Below are positions 18,382-27,475 of a DNA stretch of 32,000 nt, one piece after another. The notes beneath the pieces were generated by a model. That model ran no database searches. It worked only from the letters and a program-made list of their open reading frames with translations, and was not told the origin of the DNA. Made by a program: the position numbers and the translations under genes. The stretch's first letter is position 1. Each line of letters opens with the position of its first letter. This DNA is from Methanocaldococcus jannaschii DSM 2661 (GTDB lineage: Archaea > AGJL01 > Methanococci > Methanococcales > Methanocaldococcaceae): NCBI RefSeq assembly GCF_000091665.1, contig NC_000909.1:880712-912711 (forward strand). Direction: 5' to 3'.

Positions 18382-19143
18382 ATGCCAAAAAATATAAACA
18401 TTTCTGGTGAAATAATGACAGGCAAAGTTATCTTAGTAGGAGCAGGACCGGGAGACCCAGAGTTGATAACAATAAAAGGTTTAAAAGCTATTAAAGAGGC
18501 AGATGTTGTTGTTTATGATGATTTAATATCAAAAGAGCTATTAAATTATGCTAAAAAAGATGCCGAGCTAATTTATGTTGGTAAAAGAAAGGGAAAACAT
18601 TCATTTAAACAAGAAGAGATTAATAAAATATTGGTTGAGAAGGCAAAGGAAGGAAAGTTAGTTGTTAGATTAAAAGGTGGAGACCCATTTGTTTTTGGTA
18701 GAGGTGGAGAAGAGATTTTAGAGTTAAAGAAGCATAACATACCTTATGAGGTAATTCCGGGAATAACGTCAGCTATAGCAGTCCCAGAGGTTGCTGGGAT
18801 TCCAGTTACTCATAGAAAGGTAGCTACCTCCTTTACAGTAGTTACAGGGCATGAGGCAGAGGATAAGAAAGAGAAACAGGTAGATTTAAGCAAGTTAAAT
18901 GCTGATACTATTGTAATTTTAATGGGAATAACTAATTTGGAAAATTTGGTTAAAGAGTTGTTGCAAAACCCAAAAAGAAGTAAAGAAACACCAGTAGCAA
19001 TCATTATGGAGGGAACTACAAAGAATCAGAGAGTTATAAAAGGGACTTTGGGAGATATTGTTGAAAAGGCTAAAAAAGAAAATGCAAGACCTCCAGGAGT
19101 TATAGTTGTTGGTGAGGTTGTTAATGTGTTAGATAGTCAATAA
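18382..19143 (+). CDS. cobA: uroporphyrinogen-III C-methyltransferase (SUMT)
   Basis: VILVGAGPGDPELITIKG, RLKGGDPFVFGRGGEE and IPGITSA are class III tetrapyrrole methylase signatures. The likely start is ATG 18415 after GGTGA. Confidence 0.9.
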   Translation: MPKNINISGEIMTGKVILVGAGPGDPELITIKGLKAIKEADVVVYDDLISKELLNYAKKDAELIYVGKRKGKHSFKQEEINKILVEKAKEGKLVVRLKGGDPFVFGRGGEEILELKKHNIPYEVIPGITSAIAVPEVAGIPVTHRKVATSFTVVTGHEAEDKKEKQVDLSKLNADTIVILMGITNLENLVKELLQNPKRSKETPVAIIMEGTTKNQRVIKGTLGDIVEKAKKENARPPGVIVVGEVVNVLDSQ

Positions 19144-19153
19144 ATTAATTTTT

Positions 19154-20488
19154 GTGATTAAAATGATAAAGAATGTTGCTATAATCTACCCAAACAAATT
19201 TAAAGCTGGGATTTCTTGCTTAGCTGTGCATGTTCTAGCTAATCATTTAAGCAAATATAGAGATTTAAATGTAGGAGTGTATTTCTTAGAGAATTATGAT
19301 AGAATAAAAAATTTTGATGCAATTTTTATTACTCTACAGTATGAAAACGATTACTTTAATGCAATAAAGATAATTAAAGATTTGAGAAAAAATAACCCAA
19401 ATGCTATTTTTGTTGCTGGAGGGCCTTGTGTAATGGAAAATTTTTTCCCAATAGCTGAGTTTTTTGATGTATTTATCGTTGGAGAGATTGAGGGCAGTGA
19501 TGTAATGCTAAAAGTTATAAATAGAGAGTTTGATGTTGAGGGTGTTTATTCAAAATATTTAGAGAAGGATAAAGTTAAAAGAATCTATCCAAAAAAATTA
19601 ACTATAGATGATTATCCAATATATCAGCCAACCTCTGAAGAGGGAGCTTATGGAAAATCCTTCTTATTAGAGATTGGTAGAGGATGTCCAAGAAGATGTA
19701 GATTTTGCTTAGCGAGAGCTATCTATTATCCACCAAGGTTTAGAAAGCTTGATGATTTAATGTATTTAGCAGAAGAAGGAGTTAAGGTTAATAAAGTCAA
19801 TAAAGTTGCTTTAATAGCCCCATCAGTTGGAGATTACAAGTATATAGTTGAGTTATGCAACTTTTTGGATGATATGGGAGTTCATATATCTCCTTCATCT
19901 TTAAGGGCAGATACATTAAACGATGATTTGATGAGAATTTTAAAGCCTAAAACTTTAACCATAGCTCCAGAAGCTGGAAGTGAAAGGTTAAGAGAGTTTA
20001 TAAAAAAGGACATTAGAGAGAGGGACATAGCTAATGCCATTGATTTAGCTAAAAAATTTGGAGTTGAAAAGGTTAAGCTCTATTTTATGGTTGGCATTCC
20101 GACAGAGACTGATGAAGATATTGAAGAACTTATAAATTTAACGAAGAAAGTAAAGAAAGAAATTAGAAAAGTAGAAATCTCAGTCAATCCAATGATTCCA
20201 AAGCCACATACAGATTTTGAGGTAGAAGAGTTTGATTTATCATCTAAGAAAAAAATTAAGTATATTGAGAAGGCATTAAAAAAAGAAGGTATTAGGGTAG
20301 AATATGAGAACTTCAACTCCATGATTTGCCAGTGTATATTGGCAAGGGGGGATGAAAATCTTAGCAAATATTTAGATTACTCAAAAAATCCAACAAGCTT
20401 AATTAGTGCTTTAAAGAAAGATAGATTGTTGGATAAATACTTAGGAAGGTTTGAAGATAAAGGTGTTTGGAAAAATATTATTCTCTAA
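19154..20488 (+). CDS. radical SAM protein with N-terminal B12-binding-like domain
   Basis: CPRRCRFC (Cx3Cx2C) at EIGRGCPRRCRFCLA. The N-terminal Rossmann-like region is typical of class B radical SAM. The likely start is ATG 19163. Confidence 0.8.
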   Translation: MIKMIKNVAIIYPNKFKAGISCLAVHVLANHLSKYRDLNVGVYFLENYDRIKNFDAIFITLQYENDYFNAIKIIKDLRKNNPNAIFVAGGPCVMENFFPIAEFFDVFIVGEIEGSDVMLKVINREFDVEGVYSKYLEKDKVKRIYPKKLTIDDYPIYQPTSEEGAYGKSFLLEIGRGCPRRCRFCLARAIYYPPRFRKLDDLMYLAEEGVKVNKVNKVALIAPSVGDYKYIVELCNFLDDMGVHISPSSLRADTLNDDLMRILKPKTLTIAPEAGSERLREFIKKDIRERDIANAIDLAKKFGVEKVKLYFMVGIPTETDEDIEELINLTKKVKKEIRKVEISVNPMIPKPHTDFEVEEFDLSSKKKIKYIEKALKKEGIRVEYENFNSMICQCILARGDENLSKYLDYSKNPTSLISALKKDRLLDKYLGRFEDKGVWKNIIL

Positions 20489-20610
20489 AAATTTCAAATT
20501 TGTATATTTCCATAAGATTATGAGATTAGAAACTATCACTTTTTTAAGTTAAAACTTTAAAAAATAAGAATCATCTAAATTTTAGAAAAAACAATAAAAA
20601 TAGTTGCAAA

Positions 20611-21228
20611 TTATTCATTATTTTTTTCTATTGCTTTTAAAACTTCCAATCCAAATAATCTTGCATAGTCAGGAGATTTTGCAGTAATTACATTACCATC
20701 AACTACAACTCCTCTATCTTCATAAATAGCTCCTGCCTTTTTTAACTCTTCTATAGCCTCTGGAGCTGGATATACAGTTGCTTTCTTGCCTTTTAAGATT
20801 CCTGCTCTTGCTAAAACTACTGGAGATAAGCAGATTGCTGAGACAACCTTATTTTTATTGTAAAATTCTTTAACTAATTCTATCAATTTTGTGTTATTCC
20901 ATAAATACTCTTTTGAACCAATTCCCCCCACTATAACTATAGCCACATAATCATCAGGATTTACATCATATATGGTTTTTTCAACAGTTATTTTATTACC
21001 TAACATCCCCACACATTCTCCTTTTGTAGTTGATACAACATCAACCTTTAAACCATTTGACTCAAATACTGCCATTGGCTCAAAAAGTTCTTCATCTCTA
21101 AAGTCCTTTGGAGCTATAACCATTAAAACTTTTGCATTTTTCATATTTTCCCTCTTTTCATTAGAATTAGTTATGCACATTGAAGAAACTAAAGCTAAGG
21201 TTATTAATATCACTGCCAACCTCTTCAT
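20611..21228 (-). CDS. DJ-1/PfpI (peptidase C56) family protein with N-terminal signal/anchor sequence
   Basis: Nucleophile-elbow AICLSP, IVGGIG and DGNVITAK motifs. The N-terminus MKRLAVILITLALVSSMC is hydrophobic and signal-like. Confidence 0.8.
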   Translation of the reverse strand: MKRLAVILITLALVSSMCITNSNEKRENMKNAKVLMVIAPKDFRDEELFEPMAVFESNGLKVDVVSTTKGECVGMLGNKITVEKTIYDVNPDDYVAIVIVGGIGSKEYLWNNTKLIELVKEFYNKNKVVSAICLSPVVLARAGILKGKKATVYPAPEAIEELKKAGAIYEDRGVVVDGNVITAKSPDYARLFGLEVLKAIEKNNE

Positions 21229-21283
21229 GCTCCCACAATAATTCTTTATATCTGAACGTATATATTTAATTAATGGGGTAATT

Positions 21284-22105
21284 ATGAAAGTGGCTATAGT
21301 GTTTGACAGTGCTGGGACTCTTGTAAAGATAATGAGAGTTATTAAAGATTTAAAGAAAAATAAGTTTATTTGTAATAGCCAGACGGTTGATATAGTGGAT
21401 AAAAAAAAGGGTAGAGCATTAGTTATAATTAAAGAAGACCCTTTAAAGGTAGTGGATAAAGAAAATCCAGAAAAATTAATATCTGACTTATTAAAAGAGG
21501 TTGAAATTGGTATATCTTATTGTAACCCACCGATAAATAGAGAAGGAATTTTCAAAGATAGAAAAACCAAGGTTAAAGAATTACAAGAGCCATTAAACAT
21601 TTTAAAGAGATATGAAGTAGAAACTGGGTATGGAAGTGCTTTAATAATAGACACTTATGCTGGAGAGGTTGAATACACAATAGCAACAGCTGGATGTTTA
21701 TTTAAAGAGGTTAAAGAAACAATTAAACAACTAAAAGATTTAGGAGTTAAGGTTTTCATTGCTTCTGGAGATAGAAAAGGGTTTATAAAGAGATTAGCTG
21801 AAATTACTGGGGTTGATGAACGATATATAATGGCAGAGGCTCATCAGGAGTTAAAGAGAGATTTAATAAGAAATCTAAAAAAAGAGGGGTACTTTACAAT
21901 AATGGTAGGGGATGGAGCTAACGATGTCCCAGCAATGATTGAAAGTGATTTAGCAGTGGTAACATTGCAAAATGGGAATGTTTCGAGGAGAGCTCTCGAA
22001 ACAGCTGATATAAAGATTTACAACATAAAGGAAATAGTTGATATATGTAAAAAAGTTATTAATGGAGAAATTAAAGGTAGAATGCAAATTAAGGAGTGTT
22101 CTTAA
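21284..22105 (+). CDS. HAD-superfamily, soluble P-type-ATPase-like phosphatase
   Basis: FDSAGTL (DxxGT phosphorylation-type motif), ASGDRK and VGDGANDVPAM (P-type ATPase hinge motif), with no transmembrane segments. Confidence 0.8.
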   Translation: MKVAIVFDSAGTLVKIMRVIKDLKKNKFICNSQTVDIVDKKKGRALVIIKEDPLKVVDKENPEKLISDLLKEVEIGISYCNPPINREGIFKDRKTKVKELQEPLNILKRYEVETGYGSALIIDTYAGEVEYTIATAGCLFKEVKETIKQLKDLGVKVFIASGDRKGFIKRLAEITGVDERYIMAEAHQELKRDLIRNLKKEGYFTIMVGDGANDVPAMIESDLAVVTLQNGNVSRRALETADIKIYNIKEIVDICKKVINGEIKGRMQIKECS

Positions 22106-22124
22106 TATAAGACATTATTTATAG

Positions 22125-22355
22125 ATTAAAATTAGCCATTTCGGAATGGAAATCTGTCTAAAATGTAGTGTTTCCATTTAAATGTCTCAGTTAATTAAAT
22201 CAGACCGATTCGGAATGGAAATAAGGACTGGGATGGATTTGCATTTAATAAAGATATGTAATTAAAATCAGACTAATTCGGGATGAAAACTAAGTTTCTT
22301 TCTGTCTCCTTAGCTTCCAATATTGATTAAAATCAGCTTTTAAGAGGTTAAACGT
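22125..22355 (+). CRISPR. degenerate four-repeat CRISPR remnant (ATTAAAATCAGACCG.TTCGGAATGGAAAT family)
   Basis: Repeats at 22125-22153, 22194-22222, 22261-22290 and a half-decayed copy at 22326-22355. Periods are 69/67/65 nt; unique spacers are 40/38/35 nt. The repeat resembles the Methanocaldococcus short-repeat family as I recall it. Confidence 0.8.
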
Positions 22356-22410
22356 GGACGTGATTCACAGTTAGGTAGAAATTCATAAAAATAGTAATAT
22401 TATAAAGTGT

Positions 22411-23223
22411 TCAGTAATAAATATTACAAACTATTGGATTTTTTAAAATAGATAATGCATCTTCTAATGTTTCTTTTTTTGAAATGCAGAATAAAGTATT
22501 TCCTAACATGGATTGTGAAGCTCCAACTGTAAATTTTAAGTCTTCACAGATGGATAAGATTTTCTCATTTATTAGTCCAGTATTTACTGCAAATTCATAA
22601 GAAAGATTGACAAAATTTTCCAAAGTAGGATTTTTTAAAAGCTCATTTAAGCATCTCTCTCCATATTCATTTATTTTTTTAATCCAAATATCATTAGTTA
22701 TTATCTCTTTTGTCTCTTTTTTACCAAAAATTTCAATTATAATGTAGTAATCATCATCAACAACGATTTTTTCAACATTTATAGGAAATCCAGGAGTTTT
22801 TCTTATGACAAAACCTTTAACATATTGAGCAATAACATCTCCCAATCCAGTTCCACATTCTACTTCGCTTATATGGGCTATCTCTGCATAATTTTCATTT
22901 AAATTCAACATTTCATTTAGTTTTTTAGCTAATATTAAAGCACATCCTCCAGACATTCCTAATCCACTACCTAAGGGAAAGTCAGATGAAAATATTATGT
23001 CATAATCATCATTATATCCAAATTTTTTATAATGTTCAATAACTTTTTCAACGGCACAGATATTTACTTTCTTATTATTATAAAAAATACTACCATTTCC
23101 TTCTTTTAATTCTACATTAACTCCTCTATCTATAGTAATTCCTGCCCCTATAGAACCAGTTTTTAACTTATTGGAAGATTTACAAATTACAAAAAATCCT
23201 GTTATGTGCCCTGGAGCAAACAT
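22411..23223 (-). CDS. pok: pantoate kinase (archaeal CoA pathway, GHMP kinase family)
   Basis: GHMP motif PLGSGLGMSGGCA; 270 aa, the size and architecture of archaeal pantoate kinases. Strong AAGGAGGT motif before the ATG. Confidence 0.75.
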   Translation of the reverse strand: MFAPGHITGFFVICKSSNKLKTGSIGAGITIDRGVNVELKEGNGSIFYNNKKVNICAVEKVIEHYKKFGYNDDYDIIFSSDFPLGSGLGMSGGCALILAKKLNEMLNLNENYAEIAHISEVECGTGLGDVIAQYVKGFVIRKTPGFPINVEKIVVDDDYYIIIEIFGKKETKEIITNDIWIKKINEYGERCLNELLKNPTLENFVNLSYEFAVNTGLINEKILSICEDLKFTVGASQSMLGNTLFCISKKETLEDALSILKNPIVCNIYY

Positions 23224-23363
23224 ACCTCAACCTCCTTAATTACTTAAAACTACTAAAATAGCAATATTATAAACTTTTTATGTAAATTGTTAAGAAATAA
23301 AAAAGAAAGGATATTTATTTAAAATTTATCTTTATTGGAGGAGTTAGTAGATTCTTTATTAAG

Positions 23364-23513
23364 TACTTATCTTCCAAATGCTCTATCGATAATTATCTCT
23401 ACCCATAGGAGGATACCTCCTATTGGGATACCACTTAACACCTCCTCGCTTACGCTCGGAGGTGTAAATTGACATGTTTCTACTTATCTTCCAAATGCTC
23501 TATCGATAATTAT
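23364..23513. repeat. perfect 33-bp direct repeat (23364-23396 and 23481-23513) flanking an 84-bp GC-rich twin-hairpin insert
   Basis: TACTTATCTTCCAAATGCTCTATCGATAATTAT occurs twice, verified base by base. The right copy is the last 9 codons plus stop of the chelatase gene. Hairpins lie at 23405-23423 and 23438-23465. Confidence 0.9.
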
Positions 23514-23915
23514 ATCAACAATTCTATCATCTGCTCCAATAGGTTCTCTATATATAATTTCAACGTCTTCTGGAATCTCTAATTTTTCATGTTCATGATG
23601 ATGGTGGTGATGATGGTGATGGCTGTGTTCATGATGATGTTCATGGTTATCTTCAATCAACCCCAATAACCTTGGAATATCTCTTGTTGTATGAATTCCA
23701 TGAGCTAAGAAAACAGGAACAACAATGATTCTTTTAGCCCCTTGTTCTATAGCTTTTTTAACTGCTTGAGGTATTGTTGGCTCACTAAACTCCATCAAAC
23801 CAATTTCAACTATTGGGAATAAATTTCTCTCTTTAACTTTCTCAGCTAACTTTACCAGAAGCTCTTTGCTGTAGGGTAATCTACTCCCATGTCCTACTAA
23901 AACCAACGCTTCCAT
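23484..23915 (-). CDS. cbiX: small CbiX-type sirohydrochlorin chelatase (CbiX-S / CfbA-type, Co or Ni) with His-rich insert
   Basis: LVLVGHGSR and VVPVFLAHGIH class II chelatase motifs. The tract HEHHHEHSHHHHHHHHHEHE has 15 His in 20 residues (nt 23586-23645). Confidence 0.88.
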   Translation of the reverse strand: MEALVLVGHGSRLPYSKELLVKLAEKVKERNLFPIVEIGLMEFSEPTIPQAVKKAIEQGAKRIIVVPVFLAHGIHTTRDIPRLLGLIEDNHEHHHEHSHHHHHHHHHEHEKLEIPEDVEIIYREPIGADDRIVDIIIDRAFGR

Positions 23916-24037
23916 GAACTCACCATTATTATTTTATGTTGTAAGATTCATACCAACTATTATATATACTCTTCGTTTTTATTAGATTTAAAGTTATAGG
24001 TAATTGAAAATAAAAAATATTAAAAATATTTGGAGGA

Positions 24038-25135
24038 TTGAACATGGATACATCTAAAGTTATATTAATTGTAGCTATAATTATCTGGATAATTTTATAT
24101 AGTATCAGAGATTCAATAAATTTAAAGACTTATGGAGGAATTTTTGGAATTTTAAGGACTAAATTGGGATTAAAAACAATTGAAAAATTAGGAAAATATA
24201 AAATTTGGCAAAAAATAGGAATTATATCAATACCAATATGTGTAATACTTGGATTTTTTATGCTTCTTAATATCATAGATATGAGTATAAGGCTGTTGTC
24301 TGGAACTCTGCCAAAAGAAGCAGCAAAGCCAGTAGTATTTTTATTTGGAGATGTTATTCCATGGATTCCAGGGATTATAGCTCTATTAATAGCAATTTCT
24401 GTGCATGAATTAGCACATGGTATATTTGCCAAATCTTTTGGAATTAAAGTTAAGAGTTCAGGAATTTTATTATTATTAGGATTACCATTGGGGGCTTTTG
24501 TTGAATTAGGAGATGAATTTAAAACAGCTGATAAAAAGATTAGAGGAGCTATAGCCTCAGCAGGTCCATTAGCAAATTTAATAATATTTTTAACATCAAT
24601 TCCATTACTTTCATTTAGCTATACACTACCAACAGAATTAAAAATTATTGATGTTAAAGAACCAGCATCAGAGTTTTTACAAAAAGGAGATATTATTTAC
24701 GAAATTAACGGCAAAAAAATAAATTCATTAGAGGACTTTAAAGAATTTGCCAAAACTATAGAACCAAAAAAAGAGTATGAGATAAAAATTTTGAGGGATA
24801 ATAAAATACTGACGTATAAAATTGTTAGTTCTAATGAAGGAAAACTTGGAATTATGGTTTCTCCAACAAAAAACACGGCATTATTTATAAACACTATCTA
24901 TTGGACTTACTGGTTTAACTTTTTATTAGCTTTATTTAACCTACTCCCAGCTATGCCTTTGGATGGTTTTCACGTATGGAATGCTTTCCCAGAATTATTA
25001 AAAGAGAGAAAAAATAGATTCATTTCTAAAGTAGGTCAAATACTGGAATTATTTATAAATGAAAAAACTTTAGGATCAATAACACTATTAGTTTGGTGGG
25101 TTATTCTGGGGAGCATTTTATATTCAATGTGGTGA
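24038..25135 (+). CDS. M50 site-2 protease family membrane metalloprotease with PDZ domain
   Basis: HELAHG (HExxH) in a TM helix, a PDZ-like LQKGDIIYEINGKKINSLEDF, a distal NLLPAMPLDG motif, and multiple TM segments. The likely start is ATG 24044 after GGAGGA. Confidence 0.85.
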   Translation: MNMDTSKVILIVAIIIWIILYSIRDSINLKTYGGIFGILRTKLGLKTIEKLGKYKIWQKIGIISIPICVILGFFMLLNIIDMSIRLLSGTLPKEAAKPVVFLFGDVIPWIPGIIALLIAISVHELAHGIFAKSFGIKVKSSGILLLLGLPLGAFVELGDEFKTADKKIRGAIASAGPLANLIIFLTSIPLLSFSYTLPTELKIIDVKEPASEFLQKGDIIYEINGKKINSLEDFKEFAKTIEPKKEYEIKILRDNKILTYKIVSSNEGKLGIMVSPTKNTALFINTIYWTYWFNFLLALFNLLPAMPLDGFHVWNAFPELLKERKNRFISKVGQILELFINEKTLGSITLLVWWVILGSILYSMW

Positions 25136-25140
25136 AATAT

Positions 25141-25779
25141 ATGGATATTCTTAACTTCTACATCTATGGATTTGTTTCTCTTTTTATTACAATAGACCCA
25201 ATTGGCTTAATTCCAATAGTGCATTCTCTAACCTATCCCTATCCAAAAGAACAGAGAATTAGAATTATCAAAAAGGCTATAATCTCATCAACGGTAGTTT
25301 TATTGTTATTTGCTTTATTTGGGAATTATATTTTTGGCTATTTTGGGATTACAATAGATGCGTTTAGAGTAGCTGGGGGAATTTTGCTCTTTAAAATAGC
25401 TTGGGACATGCTTCACGCAGAAATTCCAAAAACAAAGCACAAACCAGATGAAAGATTAGACCTTGAAGATATTGATAGTATAGTTTATGTCCCATTGGCT
25501 ATTCCTTTAATCTCTGGCCCTGGAGCTATAACAACAACCATGATTTTGATTAGCAAAACCCAGAGTATCTTAGAGAAAGGGGTTGTTGTTCTCTCTATAT
25601 TATCAGCTATGTTAGTTTCTGGAATCATTTTATCATTAACTGACTTTATAATTAGAAGAGTTAATATTTATGGCATTAACGCCTTTGTAAGAATTATGGG
25701 ATTGCTATTAGTAGCTATCTCAGTGCAAATAATATTTACTGGAATAGTTGGGCTATATAATAGCATTAGCGTTCAATAA
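25141..25779 (+). CDS. MarC-family (UPF0056) integral membrane protein
   Basis: About 6 TM segments, with FITIDPIG and ISGPGAITT motifs typical of MarC. I prefer ATG 25141 (GGTGA at 25131-25135 overlaps the upstream stop) over the track start at 25093. Confidence 0.8.
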   Translation: MDILNFYIYGFVSLFITIDPIGLIPIVHSLTYPYPKEQRIRIIKKAIISSTVVLLLFALFGNYIFGYFGITIDAFRVAGGILLFKIAWDMLHAEIPKTKHKPDERLDLEDIDSIVYVPLAIPLISGPGAITTTMILISKTQSILEKGVVVLSILSAMLVSGIILSLTDFIIRRVNIYGINAFVRIMGLLLVAISVQIIFTGIVGLYNSISVQ

Positions 25780-25780
25780 A

Positions 25781-27016
25781 TTACTTTTTTTCTTTATTTT
25801 CTAATATTTTCTTTAATTCTTTCATTTTTGGTGGTAATTCTTTCCATCTCCAAAATCCTCTTAAAATCTCATCCTCATCATAACCAAATCTTTTTAAAAC
25901 ATCAACCCATTTATTAAACAACTCTGGATAAAGTTCTTTAACTCTCAAAAATTCAGCATTTAAAGCAGCTGGACACATATAACAACCAATTCTTTCAAAT
26001 CCTTTATCATAGAGTTCATTATAGATAACATCATTTAGATATATCCAGCTCCAGACATCAGTTCCTCTCCAATCCAATATTGGGAAGATGTTTATCTGAT
26101 TTTCAATAAAGCCACTTTTTCTTTCATAAGTTAATTTTTCTCTTGTAAAGCTTTCATATCTCCTTGAGCCATCAATTGTATAAACTCTTTTATATTTCTT
26201 TAAATACTCTTTTAACGGCTCTAATTTGCAAACACTATTACACCATCTATAATCTTTTGTAGGAATACCTTCTTTTTCCAGATATTCCCAAAAGTTTTTG
26301 CCTTTTAAAACAACTAAGTTTAAATCATACTTTTTAGCAAATTTTTTTACAAAGTCTATAGTATCTTTAAATTCTAAGCCGGTATCTATAAAGATGACTT
26401 CTAAATCATCTATAACTTTGTTAGCTAATAAAGTAGAGACAGAAGAATCCTTCCCACCACTAAAAGAGGTATTTATAGCATAATTCTTATTTTTACACAT
26501 TTCATAGTATTTTTTTATGATTGATAGGGATTTTTTCTCTAATTTTTCAATCCTATCTTTGTTTTTTCTTAGATAATCTTCAATCTTTTCAAATCTAAGC
26601 TCTTTCTTTAAAGTTAAGTCCTTAATTTTTATTGTATCTCCTTTTTTAACTGCTACGCCAACATAATTTCCTACTTCAACACCAACATAATCATTCTCAT
26701 TGATATCTTTTAGCTCTTCAGCATTTTCAATTAAATCAACTGGCACTTTTTTGCCTTTTAGCTTTCTCTTTGTTGGTTTTATTTTAATTTTTGGTTCTTC
26801 TATTAAATAATAAGAGGCATAAGGATGAAACTTCCAATCCAAATCAATTAAATCAAATTCTAAGATGCCTATACACTCTCCATTAATAAAAACTTTTTTT
26901 CTGTAATCTAAGCCACCAATCTTCTTTAAAATAATTGCTAAATCATAGGAGAAGTTTTTATTGAGCAGTTTGTTTAAAACATCTATCTCAAACTTAGAGG
27001 CAAATTTATCGTCCAT
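25781..27016 (-). CDS. PAPS/APS reductase-family PP-loop protein with extra N-terminal domain
   Basis: SFSGGKDSSV PP-loop, IFIDTG, a C-terminal GCYMCP cysteine motif, and an N-terminal extension of about 170 aa. Confidence 0.8.
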   Translation of the reverse strand: MDDKFASKFEIDVLNKLLNKNFSYDLAIILKKIGGLDYRKKVFINGECIGILEFDLIDLDWKFHPYASYYLIEEPKIKIKPTKRKLKGKKVPVDLIENAEELKDINENDYVGVEVGNYVGVAVKKGDTIKIKDLTLKKELRFEKIEDYLRKNKDRIEKLEKKSLSIIKKYYEMCKNKNYAINTSFSGGKDSSVSTLLANKVIDDLEVIFIDTGLEFKDTIDFVKKFAKKYDLNLVVLKGKNFWEYLEKEGIPTKDYRWCNSVCKLEPLKEYLKKYKRVYTIDGSRRYESFTREKLTYERKSGFIENQINIFPILDWRGTDVWSWIYLNDVIYNELYDKGFERIGCYMCPAALNAEFLRVKELYPELFNKWVDVLKRFGYDEDEILRGFWRWKELPPKMKELKKILENKEKK

Positions 27017-27025
27017 TTTATCACT

Positions 27026-27475
27026 TTAAATTTCAATAATTTCTAAGAAATCTACTCTTTTAAAATCATCGTCAAAGCTACATATTTTATTGATTTTATA
27101 AAACTTACATGTTGAGCAGATTAATGCGTCATTTGGTAATAAACAATATTTTTTAATAATTTCTCTTGAAATTTTAACAATCTCACTATTTAAATCTAAT
27201 ATTTGGAAAATTGAAAAAAGCTCAAAAACTATATCTAAATCTAACGATTTTAAAATCTCTGGATGTTTTTTAATGTCATAATGCCTTTTATTTGTTGTAG
27301 CCCTTATATAAAAGAACAAAACTTCTGATATTACTATAGGATTTATAAATCCACAGATTTCTTTATTCTCTACTTTTTCAATTAGTTTTTTAGCTTCAAC
27401 TTTACCACATAAGTGATATATTAATATATTAGAATCAAAAAATATTTTATTCTCCTCCATTTTCAATCTCCTCAA
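27026..27475 (-). CDS. vapC: PIN-domain toxin (VapC type)
   Basis: IFFDSNILI N-terminal acidic motif, a C-terminal SFDDDF, and about 145 aa. The probable start at ATG 27460 overlaps the vapB stop by 14 nt. Confidence 0.75.
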   Translation of the reverse strand: MRRLKMEENKIFFDSNILIYHLCGKVEAKKLIEKVENKEICGFINPIVISEVLFFYIRATTNKRHYDIKKHPEILKSLDLDIVFELFSIFQILDLNSEIVKISREIIKKYCLLPNDALICSTCKFYKINKICSFDDDFKRVDFLEIIEI

